A stretch of DNA of 64,000 nucleotides from NCBI GenBank assembly GCA_963617165.1, contig CAVEOF010000003.1, forward strand, positions 11,070-75,069. The letters run 5' to 3'. Positions within the stretch are counted from its first letter, which is position 1; each line of letters opens with the position of its first letter. Positions 24,818-32,769 of the stretch are shown here, piece by piece. Made by a program: the position numbers and the translations under genes. The notes under the pieces were generated by a model. The model searched no databases, was not told the DNA's origin, and saw nothing but the letters and a program-made list of their open reading frames with translations. This stretch comes from Coriobacteriaceae bacterium. Lineage in GTDB: Bacteria > Bacillota > Clostridia > Oscillospirales > CAG-272.

Positions 24818-24962
24818 CGTCTTTTCTCCTTTCCCCGTGATAGCCTCCGAGCTTTGTTTTCATTCGGACATCGGAGGTGTCGTCCTCGTAGTGGAGGAAT
24901 GTCTCCCCCTCCCTCAGATCGCGGAATTCGCACGACCGTTTCATTTCCGTTGTGATCTTCAC
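24810..24962 (-). CDS. Small hypothetical protein (50 aa, GTG start)
   Basis: GGAGGAGG RBS. GTGA overlap with the upstream 54-aa ORF. This is the C-terminal part of listed ORF 24810..25115. Confidence 0.35.
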   Translation of the reverse strand: MKITTEMKRSCEFRDLREGETFLHYEDDTSDVRMKTKLGGYHGERRKDDE

Positions 24963-25123
24963 GTGTCCTCCTCCGCATAAATGATCTTTTTCAAAACGCC
25001 GACGCCGCTTTCCTTTTCCCGCCGCAGTTTCACGGCGTAGCCGAGCTTGACGAGCAGTGCCGCCACGGTCTTTGTTTCTTCGTCGGTAAGTGCACTGCCG
25101 CCTTTTTGTACGCATATTTTCAT
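24959..25123 (-). CDS. Small hypothetical protein (54 aa; not in the ORF track)
   Basis: My translation is MKICVQKGGSALTDEETKTVAALLVKLGYAVKLRREKESGVGVLKKIIYAEEDT. GGAGGAG RBS upstream. Confidence 0.4.
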   Translation of the reverse strand: MKICVQKGGSALTDEETKTVAALLVKLGYAVKLRREKESGVGVLKKIIYAEEDT

Positions 25124-25133
25124 GTCTCCTCCT

Positions 25134-25472
25134 TCAGATCTCCCTGATCTTGATTCCGTGTAGATAGAGCATCAGCTTTCGCTTGAGTATGTACTCCGCC
25201 GTCCTGACGCCCTTCGTGTCCTCGACGACCGTCCCGCCCGCCTCTTTGTCGAAGTAGACGAAGTCCGCGCGGTAGGCGACCTCCCTTTCGAGGAGCTTCC
25301 CGCGCGCGTCCCTCTGCGTCGGGAGCAGAACATATTTTACCTGCCGTCTAAGCTCCGATATCTTCCCCGCCTTTTGCAAAAGGCAAAGCTCCGACCACCG
25401 CCGCGCCTCTTTGAGGGAATCGAAGCGCATGCCGGCGACGGTGACTTTTTGATTGTGATATTTGTTTTTCAT
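25134..25472 (-). CDS. DUF1064-family PD-(D/E)xK nuclease-like protein (intact motifs)
   Basis: MKNKYHNQKVTVAGMRFDSLKEA...YRADFVYFD...VVEDTKG...KRKLM. Confidence 0.65.
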   Translation of the reverse strand: MKNKYHNQKVTVAGMRFDSLKEARRWSELCLLQKAGKISELRRQVKYVLLPTQRDARGKLLEREVAYRADFVYFDKEAGGTVVEDTKGVRTAEYILKRKLMLYLHGIKIREI

Positions 25473-25684
25473 AGATCCTCGTATTTTCGCGAAAGCATCT
25501 CGGCAATGCGGCACTTCTCGTAACAGCCGATGCAATGCTTCAGCTTATACGGTCGCTTGTCCAACTCGTTGCCGAAGGTGAGCTGAAGCGACGTCCCGCC
25601 GCACACGCCCTCGCAAAAGATGTGCCACTTGTCCTCGCTCGAATAAAAGGGGCACTTCACAGACTTGTCCTCATACCGATCCAT
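25469..25684 (-). CDS. Cys-rich small protein (71 aa)
   Basis: Start MDRYEDKS with a GAGGAG RBS. Multiple CxxC-like pairs. Confidence 0.45.
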   Translation of the reverse strand: MDRYEDKSVKCPFYSSEDKWHIFCEGVCGGTSLQLTFGNELDKRPYKLKHCIGCYEKCRIAEMLSRKYEDL

Positions 25685-25715
25685 CACGCGCGCTCCTCTC
25701 TTGTTCCCGTCATTT

Positions 25716-26564
25716 TCATTTCGCGTTGTATGTTCGGTCAAGCGCGAGTCTGAACGCCTCCTCGGGGTCGAAGTTCCCGTACCGCTCCCGCGTCTTTCTC
25801 ACGGTCTTCGGTCGCTCGGAGGAGGAATCCTCCGCCCACCACTTGAGGATCGTCTGATAGTGGTTGTGGACTCTCGCACCCTTCTCGAGAATGAAGTCGG
25901 CGAGCCGTCCGACATAAACGCCGAACATCTCCGCGCCGAGCGTCTCGGTGAGCTTCGCTTTCTGTTCCTCGGTCAGGTGCACGACGCCCCGTCCGAATCC
26001 CCCGTTCCCGAAAATTTGCATGTTTTCTTTGCCGTCGGTCGTCGTCGCGGCGGCGATCTCGCCGCTACTTCTACTCTCTGACTCTTGTATCTTTCTCTTT
26101 TCTCTTACTCTATTATCTTTCTCTGTGTGACATTGTCCCGACAGTGTCCGGACATTGTCCGCCAAAAGTGGGACATTGTCCGTTTTCTCGATTTTTTGCC
26201 GCGCCCTCTGCACCCTTTTTCGGAGGGCGTCTTCCCCCTCGCTCCCCGTGTTGGAGACCGCGTAGGGGAAGAAAAAGCTGACATTGTCCGAGGTCTCCGC
26301 GAGTCCGCAGTGAAGCAGATAGGTGAGCGTCATTTTCACATTGTCGGCATCTTCGTCGAGGTCGAGCGCAAGCTCCTCCGCGGCATCGCTTTCGAGTCCC
26401 GTCCATTTGAGGATTCCCTCGGTCTTCATGGCGAGGAGCTGTAACTTCAGGTAAATGATCGTGTAGGTATCGCCGCCCGCCATGCGCCGCAGTTTCTTGA
26501 TCCTCTTGGAATCGAAGAAGTCGTCGTGTAGCTTCAGCCAGTAGAACCGTTTTCCGTCCGCCAT
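25716..26564 (-). CDS. Phage replisome organizer (N-terminal domain family)
   Basis: MADGKRFYWLKLHDDFFDSKRIKKLRRMAGGDTYTIIYLKLQLLAM. Confidence 0.65.
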   Translation of the reverse strand: MADGKRFYWLKLHDDFFDSKRIKKLRRMAGGDTYTIIYLKLQLLAMKTEGILKWTGLESDAAEELALDLDEDADNVKMTLTYLLHCGLAETSDNVSFFFPYAVSNTGSEGEDALRKRVQRARQKIEKTDNVPLLADNVRTLSGQCHTEKDNRVREKRKIQESESRSSGEIAAATTTDGKENMQIFGNGGFGRGVVHLTEEQKAKLTETLGAEMFGVYVGRLADFILEKGARVHNHYQTILKWWAEDSSSERPKTVRKTRERYGNFDPEEAFRLALDRTYNAK

Positions 26565-26576
26565 CGTCTCACCGCC

Positions 26577-26993
26577 TCAAAACGGAAGGTCACCGTCGTC
26601 GGGCGCCTCGACAGACGCCGCAGGAGACGCGTAGGGACTCGTGTACGGAGGATAGACGCTCGCGGGAGTATTTACGCCCCCGTCGTCCTTCTTCGCGCTC
26701 TCGGCGAAAAATGCGCCGTCACAGAGGATCTCGTAGACGGTGTGCTTCGCGCCGTCCTTTTCGTACTTCCGCGAGGTGAGCTTTCCCTCGATCCCGATGC
26801 CGTCCCCCTTACGGAAATACTTGCAGATGAATTCCGCGGTCTTGTTCCACGCGCAGACGGTGAAGAAGTCGGTGTTCTCCCCGTCCTTGCGGATCGCGAC
26901 GGAGAATGAGATCACGCTTTTCCCCGACTGCGTCTGTTTTAACTCGAGGTCGGAAGCCACTCTCCCGACCAAGATCACCTTGTTGTATGCCAT
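26577..26993 (-). CDS. ssb: Single-stranded DNA-binding protein
   Basis: MAYNKVILVGRVASDLELKQTQSGK... OB-fold pattern with an acidic tail DDGDLPF. Confidence 0.85.
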   Translation of the reverse strand: MAYNKVILVGRVASDLELKQTQSGKSVISFSVAIRKDGENTDFFTVCAWNKTAEFICKYFRKGDGIGIEGKLTSRKYEKDGAKHTVYEILCDGAFFAESAKKDDGGVNTPASVYPPYTSPYASPAASVEAPDDGDLPF

Positions 26994-26994
26994 G

Positions 26995-27213
26995 TCAACC
27001 CTCCACGAGCGAATACCTTGCGAATCGCGTCGGTTCTCCGAGTCGGTTCTTTCCCGTGACAAACTCGGTCTTGACACGGTGCCCCATGTTCTTGATGTCG
27101 TTGATGCGGGAGGCGAGCCGCATACACCCGAGGTCGCTCACCGCCTCGAGCGGCGTGATGCTCCCGAACACTCTCATGTAATTGATGATCTTCTGACATT
27201 GCGTGACTTTCAT
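26995..27213 (-). CDS. Winged-helix/HTH DNA-binding protein (HTH_39-like)
   Basis: KIINYMRVFGSITPLEAVSDLGCMRLASRINDIKNMGHRV...RFARYSL. Confidence 0.5.
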   Translation of the reverse strand: MKVTQCQKIINYMRVFGSITPLEAVSDLGCMRLASRINDIKNMGHRVKTEFVTGKNRLGEPTRFARYSLVEG

Positions 27214-27226
27214 CTTTTTTGCTCCT

Positions 27227-27511
27227 TTACAGATAGTTTTTATAAAATTCCTGTCGAAATTTCTCGGCAGACCAGTTGTAGTGCTCCATCGCTTTCTTCT
27301 GCGCGTATGCCTGAAGACGCAGGCGCAGCTCCTTATTCTGATGCACGCCCTGCGGCGGCTCGTTATGGCAGAAGTGACAGAGCCTGACGACGAGACCGTA
27401 CCGTTCCGACTTGCTCCTCAGCGCACCGCCGAAGACATGATGCACCTCGAGCCACTGCCCCGAGCCGCACACAAAGCACCGCGTCCCGTCCTTTTGCAAA
27501 ATGCTTTTCAT
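27227..27511 (-). CDS. HNH-like zinc-binding nuclease-family protein (94 aa)
   Basis: MKSILQKDGTRCFVCGSGQWLEVHHVFGG...LCHFCHNEPPQGVH. ATGA coupling with the upstream gene. Confidence 0.5.
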   Translation of the reverse strand: MKSILQKDGTRCFVCGSGQWLEVHHVFGGALRSKSERYGLVVRLCHFCHNEPPQGVHQNKELRLRLQAYAQKKAMEHYNWSAEKFRQEFYKNYL

Positions 27512-28050
27512 CTCTCTCCCCACAGTGCCGCCATCCTCGCGATCTCGTCGGGCGTCTCGGTCGGGATTCCCTGATTCTTGCAATCCCTGACGATCAGATC
27601 GAGAAGGCGCGACATCTGCGCCGTGTCGTAGGTGGACGAGCCGTAGTAGAGAATGACGTTCGTGCACCCGGGGATCTTGCTCGGGAAGGTCTCCGTCTGC
27701 CAGCCGAGACCGTTTTTGTGCCACCCGTCGCACAGCCTGTCCACGGCGCCGTCCTTGACGCACACGATCTCGGAATTGCCGCCGATGTGGCGGATGTACT
27801 CGCGGTAAACGGTCTCCTTGGATTCCTTCAGCACGGCGGCGAGTCTGTCCATCAAGACCCACGCGTACGCGTTCGCGTCGAGAGAGCGTCTGGCACGGTA
27901 CGGCTTCACCTCGATGGAGAGCTTTTCGCACCCGTTCATATCGTCTACCAGTTGCCTGAAGTCTCCCGCCTCGTTGACCTCGAGCGTGAGGCAGGGCTTC
28001 CCGCTTCGGAAGTCGATATTTGCCCCGACGATCTTCCCCGTCACTTTCAT
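27508..28050 (-). CDS. NinB/Orf-like recombination mediator
   Basis: Start MKVTGKIV. RSLDANAYAWVLMDRLA and GSSTYDTAQMSRLLDLI resemble lambda NinB RSLDQN...STS motifs (from memory). Confidence 0.5.
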   Translation of the reverse strand: MKVTGKIVGANIDFRSGKPCLTLEVNEAGDFRQLVDDMNGCEKLSIEVKPYRARRSLDANAYAWVLMDRLAAVLKESKETVYREYIRHIGGNSEIVCVKDGAVDRLCDGWHKNGLGWQTETFPSKIPGCTNVILYYGSSTYDTAQMSRLLDLIVRDCKNQGIPTETPDEIARMAALWGER

Positions 28051-28595
28051 GGAAATCTCCCTTCTGCCAAACATTTTGCAAGGTATTTGAGGTTCGGAAG
28101 GTACGCTTCGCGAATCCATCCCTCGTCGTAAGAAATCGGAAATTCTTGTCTTCTGTCGCTTTCGATCGGTCTGAAGTAGTTGTCGTAGTCCTCTTTCGTC
28201 AGACCGTACGCGACGATCTTCGCCTTCCTGTACCCGGTGGCAAACATCTGCACCTGCACCTGACGGACATACTTTTTCGGCAACGAAAACCCCTTTTCGA
28301 GCCGATAGGTCTTGCACTCGTAGATCGTGTCGCCGTCGTTGCCGTCAAGGTTCACGCGCAGCCTCAGATCCTCGAGGATCACCTGTCGGTCAAGCTCCAT
28401 CGGTACGCCGAGCGACTCGAGAATACGGTGCTCGAGATGGGTGCCCGCCGAGGTGTACTTGTTTTCAAAGTGATCTCTGTCGATGCCGAGTTTCTGAAGC
28501 CACCACTTCGCGAAGGTGTCGGATGTCCGCTTGCCGATGATCTTATCGGTGTCGGACGCGCCGAAATACCCGCTCCTGTCCTTCGACTCGATCAT
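28047..28595 (-). CDS. YqaJ-like (lambda-exonuclease fold) recombination exonuclease
   Basis: GASDTDKIIG, NLDGNDGDTIYECKT, QVQVQM. Confidence 0.65.
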   Translation of the reverse strand: MIESKDRSGYFGASDTDKIIGKRTSDTFAKWWLQKLGIDRDHFENKYTSAGTHLEHRILESLGVPMELDRQVILEDLRLRVNLDGNDGDTIYECKTYRLEKGFSLPKKYVRQVQVQMFATGYRKAKIVAYGLTKEDYDNYFRPIESDRRQEFPISYDEGWIREAYLPNLKYLAKCLAEGRFP

Positions 28596-29215
28596 ATCGC
28601 CTGCATCTTCTTTTCAAAGCGATCGAGCTGATCGAAGAAGGTGAACAGCACCTTGACCTCGTCCTCGGACATGCCGCACTTCTCCGCGATCTCTTTTGTC
28701 GTGAGGTGCTTTGTGCGGAGGATGTTCGTGTACTCCTGCTGAAATCTCTCCTTGATGGCGAAGATCTGATGCTTCGTGAGATCCTCGTCGTCGGCGCGGT
28801 CTTCCTCTCCCCCCGCCCACAGGGAAAACCCGAGTCCGTACCGAAGCGCCACCGCCTTGACAAACGCACGCGTCATTGCCTTAAATACGACATTCTGATT
28901 GAGCGAATTGTCCTTTACGGGACTGATCCCGTTGAGAAGCGGATAGCTGTAAATGAAGCGGTCGTCGTCGACCACGACCTCGATGCGCACCTCGTAGCAA
29001 CGATTGATATTGCCCGACTTGTCGACAAACTCACGGTCGGACATGAAGAGGCTGCTCCCGTTCTCGTTATACACGGGCGAGAAGAAGACCTTCTCGGCGC
29101 CGTTCTCGTGGAGCAGATCGACCACGGATGCCCACGGGAGATAGTCCGCGCCGTCCCTCTGTTTGATATAACGGGTGACATCCGTCTCCCGAAGCTCTTT
29201 GAAGCTTTTCAGCAT
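28592..29215 (-). CDS. Rad52/Sak-like single-strand annealing protein
   Basis: YLPWASVVDLL...CYEVRIEV...AMTRAFVKAVALRYGLGFSLW. Confidence 0.6.
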   Translation of the reverse strand: MLKSFKELRETDVTRYIKQRDGADYLPWASVVDLLHENGAEKVFFSPVYNENGSSLFMSDREFVDKSGNINRCYEVRIEVVVDDDRFIYSYPLLNGISPVKDNSLNQNVVFKAMTRAFVKAVALRYGLGFSLWAGGEEDRADDEDLTKHQIFAIKERFQQEYTNILRTKHLTTKEIAEKCGMSEDEVKVLFTFFDQLDRFEKKMQAI

Positions 29216-29252
29216 TTTCTTTTCCCTCCTTCTTGAAAAAGGTATATTTGAT

Positions 29253-29447
29253 TTAAGATTTTTTGAGAAACAGATCTTTCAGGCACTCCTCGCAGAGCTC
29301 TTCCCCGTCGACCTCGTAGATGTCGTCAAGCTCCTCGCCGCACTTGTCGCAGACGTGGACTTCCACCCTGCGGCGCGGACACGCCGCGCCGAGGCAGTGC
29401 ATCCCGAGGTCCTCGCACCCGAGGCACTGGTTTTCAAACCGTATCAT
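29253..29447 (-). CDS. Zinc-ribbon small protein
   Basis: CLGC...CDKCGEEL...CEEC. Confidence 0.45.
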   Translation of the reverse strand: MIRFENQCLGCEDLGMHCLGAACPRRRVEVHVCDKCGEELDDIYEVDGEELCEECLKDLFLKKS

Positions 29448-29763
29448 CTTTCCCCTCCGCGGGTGCCTCGTCTTCCGACGCCTTCGCAGGTTCCGTCGCT
29501 TCGTCCTCTTCGATGTTCACCAGTTGCCGATCGCAGTAGTTGATTCTGTCGAGAAGTTCTTTGGACATATCCTCGACGATAGCGAGAACGGCGGAGAGAT
29601 TTTTTGCAAGTGCCACATAATCCTCTGCGGTTCGTTTGTCCTCCGGGATCTTCTCAAAATCGGACAGGCACTCCTTTGCGCAGTTCAAGAATCCCGCATT
29701 GACGATCTGACCTTTCTTGATGCATTCCATTTTGGTGTTGATGTAATACTCTCTGTCAAGCAT
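29434..29763 (-). CDS. Hypothetical early protein (109 aa)
   Basis: Start MLDREYY with a GAGGAG RBS. Confidence 0.45.
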   Translation of the reverse strand: MLDREYYINTKMECIKKGQIVNAGFLNCAKECLSDFEKIPEDKRTAEDYVALAKNLSAVLAIVEDMSKELLDRINYCDRQLVNIEEDEATEPAKASEDEAPAEGKDDTV

Positions 29764-29944
29764 ATTCGATCTCCTCATGTATAAAAATTTTGATTTTCTT
29801 TTTCTCTCCGACCTTCCCGGTGCCGATCGCCGCCGAAAAGGTACCCGCGGGGCGCGCCGTCTCTTTTTTCGGAAGCAACGCCTCGATCTTCTCGCGATCC
29901 GCCCGTTTCTCTTCGGGCGTCGCGTAACAGGTGTAGTAGCTCAT
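29756..29944 (-). CDS. Hypothetical early protein (62 aa)
   Basis: Start MSYYTCYATPEEK with a GGAG RBS. Confidence 0.4.
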   Translation of the reverse strand: MSYYTCYATPEEKRADREKIEALLPKKETARPAGTFSAAIGTGKVGEKKKIKIFIHEEIEYA

Positions 29945-29960
29945 CGTCCGTGATCTCCTC

Positions 29961-30182
29961 TTACGCTTCCTCGTCGTAGCCTTCGATGTCTTCAAACATC
30001 TTTTCCGTGATGCCGACGCCGAGCAGCTTCATCCCCCGCTTCTCAAGATCGCGCAGGGTGTAAAGATACTGTCTTCTGCGGTATTTGCGCCGCTGTTCCG
30101 CCCGCGCGACTCTCACCGCCTCGGAGGCGTTCAGCCGCTCGATCTCCGCTTCCACCTCTTCGTCCGTCAAAAATTCTCTCAT
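29961..30182 (-). CDS. Hypothetical early protein (73 aa)
   Basis: ORF in the early operon. Confidence 0.4.
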   Translation of the reverse strand: MREFLTDEEVEAEIERLNASEAVRVARAEQRRKYRRRQYLYTLRDLEKRGMKLLGVGITEKMFEDIEGYDEEA

Positions 30183-30361
30183 GATTCTTTCCTTTCTTTT
30201 TCTTTTGCTCGCATTTCTGCTTCTTGTCTTTGGCTTTCGCGTGTGATTTCTTTTCCATCCGATTTTCTGTAAACACGGAATTTCAGATCGATGCCTCTTG
30301 TCGCATAAATGTCGACGAGAGCATCAAACAGATTGAGGATATTCATTTGGTTTCCTTCCAT
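30179..30361 (-). CDS. Small early protein; paralog of the 40-aa ORF at 32827..32949
   Basis: MNILNLFDALVDIYATRGIDLKFRV aligns with MDIIKLFEALIEIYKARGIDLTFKV. The start is either 30361 or 30346. Confidence 0.5.
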   Translation of the reverse strand: MEGNQMNILNLFDALVDIYATRGIDLKFRVYRKSDGKEITRESQRQEAEMRAKEKERKES

Positions 30362-30428
30362 AATCTCGCCCTCCTTGTGTCGACTTTTGCCTTACTGGTT
30401 GCTTAGATCCAGTTCTCGTTTGTTCAAT

Positions 30429-30644
30429 TTATTGAACTAACAAGGTAAAAAAATAGAGCTGAATACTCGCATCGTCTATACCGAGTATATCGGACGCTTT
30501 CTTGATTTCGCTTTGCGAAAAATCAACTTTCTGATTAAGTTTTTGCGAAATAGTCCTTTCGGACAGGTTCATTCGCTCTGCGAACTCTGCTTGTGTTCCA
30601 CAACGCTCTTTGATTTTCCCGAGCAATTTTGAGTAGTCGTACAT
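30429..30644 (-). CDS. Cro-like XRE-family HTH regulator (71 aa)
   Basis: MYDYSKLLGKIKERCGTQAEFAERMNLSERTISQKLN. AAAGGAGAA RBS. Divergent from the repressor gene. Confidence 0.7.
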   Translation of the reverse strand: MYDYSKLLGKIKERCGTQAEFAERMNLSERTISQKLNQKVDFSQSEIKKASDILGIDDASIQLYFFTLLVQ

Positions 30645-30669
30645 TCTCCGTTCTCCTTTATAGATTTGA

Positions 30670-30688
30670 TGTTCAGCTCGCCTGAACA
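30670..30688. promoter_or_regulatory. Candidate operator: TGTTCAG-N5-CTGAACA perfect inverted repeat between the early promoter and the cro-like gene
   Basis: Read directly from the sequence. A related GTTCAA-TTTA-TTGAAC repeat lies at 30422..30437. Confidence 0.45.
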
Positions 30689-30693
30689 ATCTT

Positions 30694-30722
30694 AGTATAG
30701 CACCCAAAAAGTCAATTGTCAA
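30694..30722 (-). promoter_or_regulatory. Early (lytic) promoter
   Basis: Minus-strand TTGACA (30717..30722), 17-nt spacer, TATACT (30694..30699). Confidence 0.6.
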
Positions 30723-30762
30723 GAGCTTTTGCTCAACTTTTTGATTTTTTTACTCAAAACAC

Positions 30763-30791
30763 TTGAACTTTTCTTCGGGCTATGTTATAAT
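30763..30791 (+). promoter_or_regulatory. Repressor (lysogenic) promoter
   Basis: TTGAAC (30763..30768), 17-nt spacer, TATAAT (30786..30791) with an upstream TG. Confidence 0.6.
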
Positions 30792-30824
30792 GGTGTCGTA
30801 AACACGGAAACGAGGTAATAAAAT

Positions 30825-31508
30825 ATGAAAAATGCTACGACGGCGTCAAGATTAAAAGAATTGATGTCGGAAAGGAATTTGAGACAGATTGATATTATCG
30901 AAAAATGTCAGCCATATTGCGAAAAATACGGTGTAAAAATGGGAAGAAACGACCTTTCTCAATATCTGTCGGGAAAGTTTCAACCTAAACAATTAAAGCT
31001 CACCGTTCTGTCTTTGGCTTTGAATGTCAGCGAGGCATGGCTGATGGGATATGATGTTCCAAAATCAAGATTTGCCACAACCGCCGACTACAGCAACATC
31101 AGCAACCTCCGCCCCGTAGAAAAACAAAGAATCCCGATGCTCGGCAGGATCGCCTGCGGTAAGCCGATCTATGCGGAGGAAGAGCATGAGTGCTATGTCG
31201 CCGCAGGGGCAAAGATGGACGCCGACTTCTGCCTCACCTGTCAGGGAGACAGTATGACAGGCGCGGGAATCCATGACGGCGATATCGTTTTCATCAAGCA
31301 GCAGGAATCCGTCGACAACGGACGGATCGCCGCGATCATTATCGGCGAAGAAGCAACGCTGAAACGGGTGTACTACTTCCCCGAGACTGCAAAGCTCGTT
31401 CTGCAAGCGGAAAACCCGAAGTACGAGCCGCTTGTCTACACGGGCGAAGAGCTGAACAACATCAAGATCATCGGAAGAGCCGTCGCCTACATGAGCGCCA
31501 TTGTTTGA
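30825..31508 (+). CDS. CI/LexA-like repressor: XRE HTH plus S24 self-cleaving peptidase domain
   Basis: N-terminal HTH. IACGKP cleavage-site-like motif. GDSM (Ser) and LKRV (Lys) dyad. Confidence 0.8.
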   Translation: MKNATTASRLKELMSERNLRQIDIIEKCQPYCEKYGVKMGRNDLSQYLSGKFQPKQLKLTVLSLALNVSEAWLMGYDVPKSRFATTADYSNISNLRPVEKQRIPMLGRIACGKPIYAEEEHECYVAAGAKMDADFCLTCQGDSMTGAGIHDGDIVFIKQQESVDNGRIAAIIIGEEATLKRVYYFPETAKLVLQAENPKYEPLVYTGEELNNIKIIGRAVAYMSAIV

Positions 31509-31537
31509 TATAATAAATATCGGAAAGGGTTCACGGT

Positions 31538-31759
31538 ATGAAATTCGGTGAAAAAATAAAAATGCTCCGCGAAGAAAGGCAAATGTCTCTTGCAGAGTTT
31601 GCGGAAGTGCTCGGAACATCAAAGCAAGTGTTGAGCAGATATGAAAGAGGCGAGAACACGCCAAAAATAACGACAGTGATGCAATATGCCGAAGCATTAG
31701 GCGTGCAACCCTCATTTTTAATGGACGATAAAACGACTTGCAATATGACATCGAATTAA
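31538..31759 (+). CDS. XRE-family HTH protein (73 aa)
   Basis: KIKMLREERQMSLAEFAEVLGTSKQVLSRYERGENTP. Confidence 0.65.
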   Translation: MKFGEKIKMLREERQMSLAEFAEVLGTSKQVLSRYERGENTPKITTVMQYAEALGVQPSFLMDDKTTCNMTSN

Positions 31760-31891
31760 CACTCACCCCACATGAGAAATCTGTTATTATCGCCTACCGC
31801 AACAGTCCGAGTATGCAGCGCGCCGTAGACAAGCTTCTCGGCGTAGAAGAGGACTGAAAATAAATTTGAATTGTAATAGGGGGAGAAGAGT

Positions 31892-32113
31892 ATGAAAGAA
31901 TCATGGTATTGCCCCGACTGTGATGATGATACGACCGATACGAGAGTAATTGAAAAGGAGCAGACATTTTCTGTGAAAGGAAAACCAATTACTCTTATCG
32001 CAAAAGTCAGGGTGTGTGCGCATTGCGGTGAAGAAATTATCGATGAAGCCCTCGACGGAGTTACGCTGAAGCGCCTTTACGATACATACGAGAGGTTATC
32101 AAATGCAAAATAA
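31892..32113 (+). CDS. YgiT/MqsA-N-type zinc-ribbon protein (no HTH domain)
   Basis: YCPDCDDD...VKGKPITL...VCAHCGEEIIDE. Same layout as the MqsA N-terminal domain. Confidence 0.55.
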   Translation: MKESWYCPDCDDDTTDTRVIEKEQTFSVKGKPITLIAKVRVCAHCGEEIIDEALDGVTLKRLYDTYERLSNAK

Positions 32114-32134
32114 ATTCTCGAGACCAAAAGAAAA

Positions 32135-32158
32135 CCGCGCCTTCAAAAGAAGGCGCGG
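32135..32158 (-). terminator. GC hairpin terminator between convergent units
   Basis: CCGCGCCTTC-AAAA-GAAGGCGCGG. A T-run follows on the minus strand. Confidence 0.55.
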
Positions 32159-32205
32159 GGGGGTAAATCGCACGATTCAAATTCAGTCAAGATCTCGCGG
32201 TTCTT

Positions 32206-32424
32206 TCACGCATCGATCCCGATCTTGTCCCAGTCAATTGCTTCGCTGTCCACAAAGCCGCTGTTTTCGGCTTGTTTGATCTGCTCCGCTTCTGCCGCGG
32301 TCACTTTCGTAAAATCGGAGTCCCACGCGAGAATTAACTTTTTGATAAATTCATAAGCAAACACCTTGTCAGCATCCGGCAGAAGATCCATCAAACGCGC
32401 GGCTTCCATTGCTATATTCGACAT
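32206..32424 (-). CDS. Putative antitoxin (72 aa, acidic; no recognisable DNA-binding fold)
   Basis: Start MSNIAMEAARL with an AAGGAGG RBS, 14 nt after the toxin stop. Confidence 0.5.
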   Translation of the reverse strand: MSNIAMEAARLMDLLPDADKVFAYEFIKKLILAWDSDFTKVTAAEAEQIKQAENSGFVDSEAIDWDKIGIDA

Positions 32425-32437
32425 ATGCTCCACCTCC

Positions 32438-32707
32438 TTATTTATAAATATCTCCGCGATTTCCGATTTCAATCACGAGAACGATCTCGATCGCTTCTTC
32501 TTCGCCGATCCGGTAGATAACTCTCCATGCTCCGACTCGAAGTCTTTTTGTCCCGTCACTGTACCCCTGCATCGGCTTAATATCCCCGACAGGTGGTTGA
32601 CACGTCAAGCCTTCGATCGCATCACGAATTCGTTTCACCGATTTCTTGTCCAATTTTGAGAGAAATTTAAGTGCATTCTTTGAATACTTGATTTTCATCT
32701 TGTCCAC
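32438..32707 (-). CDS. RelE/ParE-family type II toxin
   Basis: KIKYSKNALKFLSKLDKKSVKRIRDAIEGL...KPMQGY...RLRVGAWRVIY...VLVIEIGNRGDIYK. Confidence 0.75.
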   Translation of the reverse strand: MDKMKIKYSKNALKFLSKLDKKSVKRIRDAIEGLTCQPPVGDIKPMQGYSDGTKRLRVGAWRVIYRIGEEEAIEIVLVIEIGNRGDIYK

Positions 32708-32769
32708 TGACGATTCTCCGTAAAAGCAAATTCTTTCTTTATCCCGTTTGACAGATCCTTTTCATTTGT

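Noticed and set aside
24810-25115. Single 101-aa ORF
   Set aside because: The N-terminal half is an Arg/Lys-rich alternative frame of a better 54-aa ORF (24959-25123) that has a GGAGGAG RBS. The C-terminal 50 codons have their own RBS and GTG start. The ORF was therefore split into two small genes, both of low confidence.
27227-28317. Listed long ORFs 27227-28081 (284 aa) and 27508-28317 (269 aa) taken at face value
   Set aside because: Their N-terminal extensions overlap neighbouring genes out of frame and are Arg-rich nonsense. Internal starts with an RBS and ATGA coupling (27511 and 28050) give products with recognisable HNH-like and NinB-like sequences.
31729-31860. Programmed -1 ribosomal frameshift joining the HTH gene to the downstream repressor-like tail
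   Set aside because: Only a four-A run (GAT AAA ACG) is available. There is no heptameric slippery site or obvious downstream structure. A mutational frameshift or an independent TTG-initiated peptide is more likely. It is mentioned under the split-MqsA finding.
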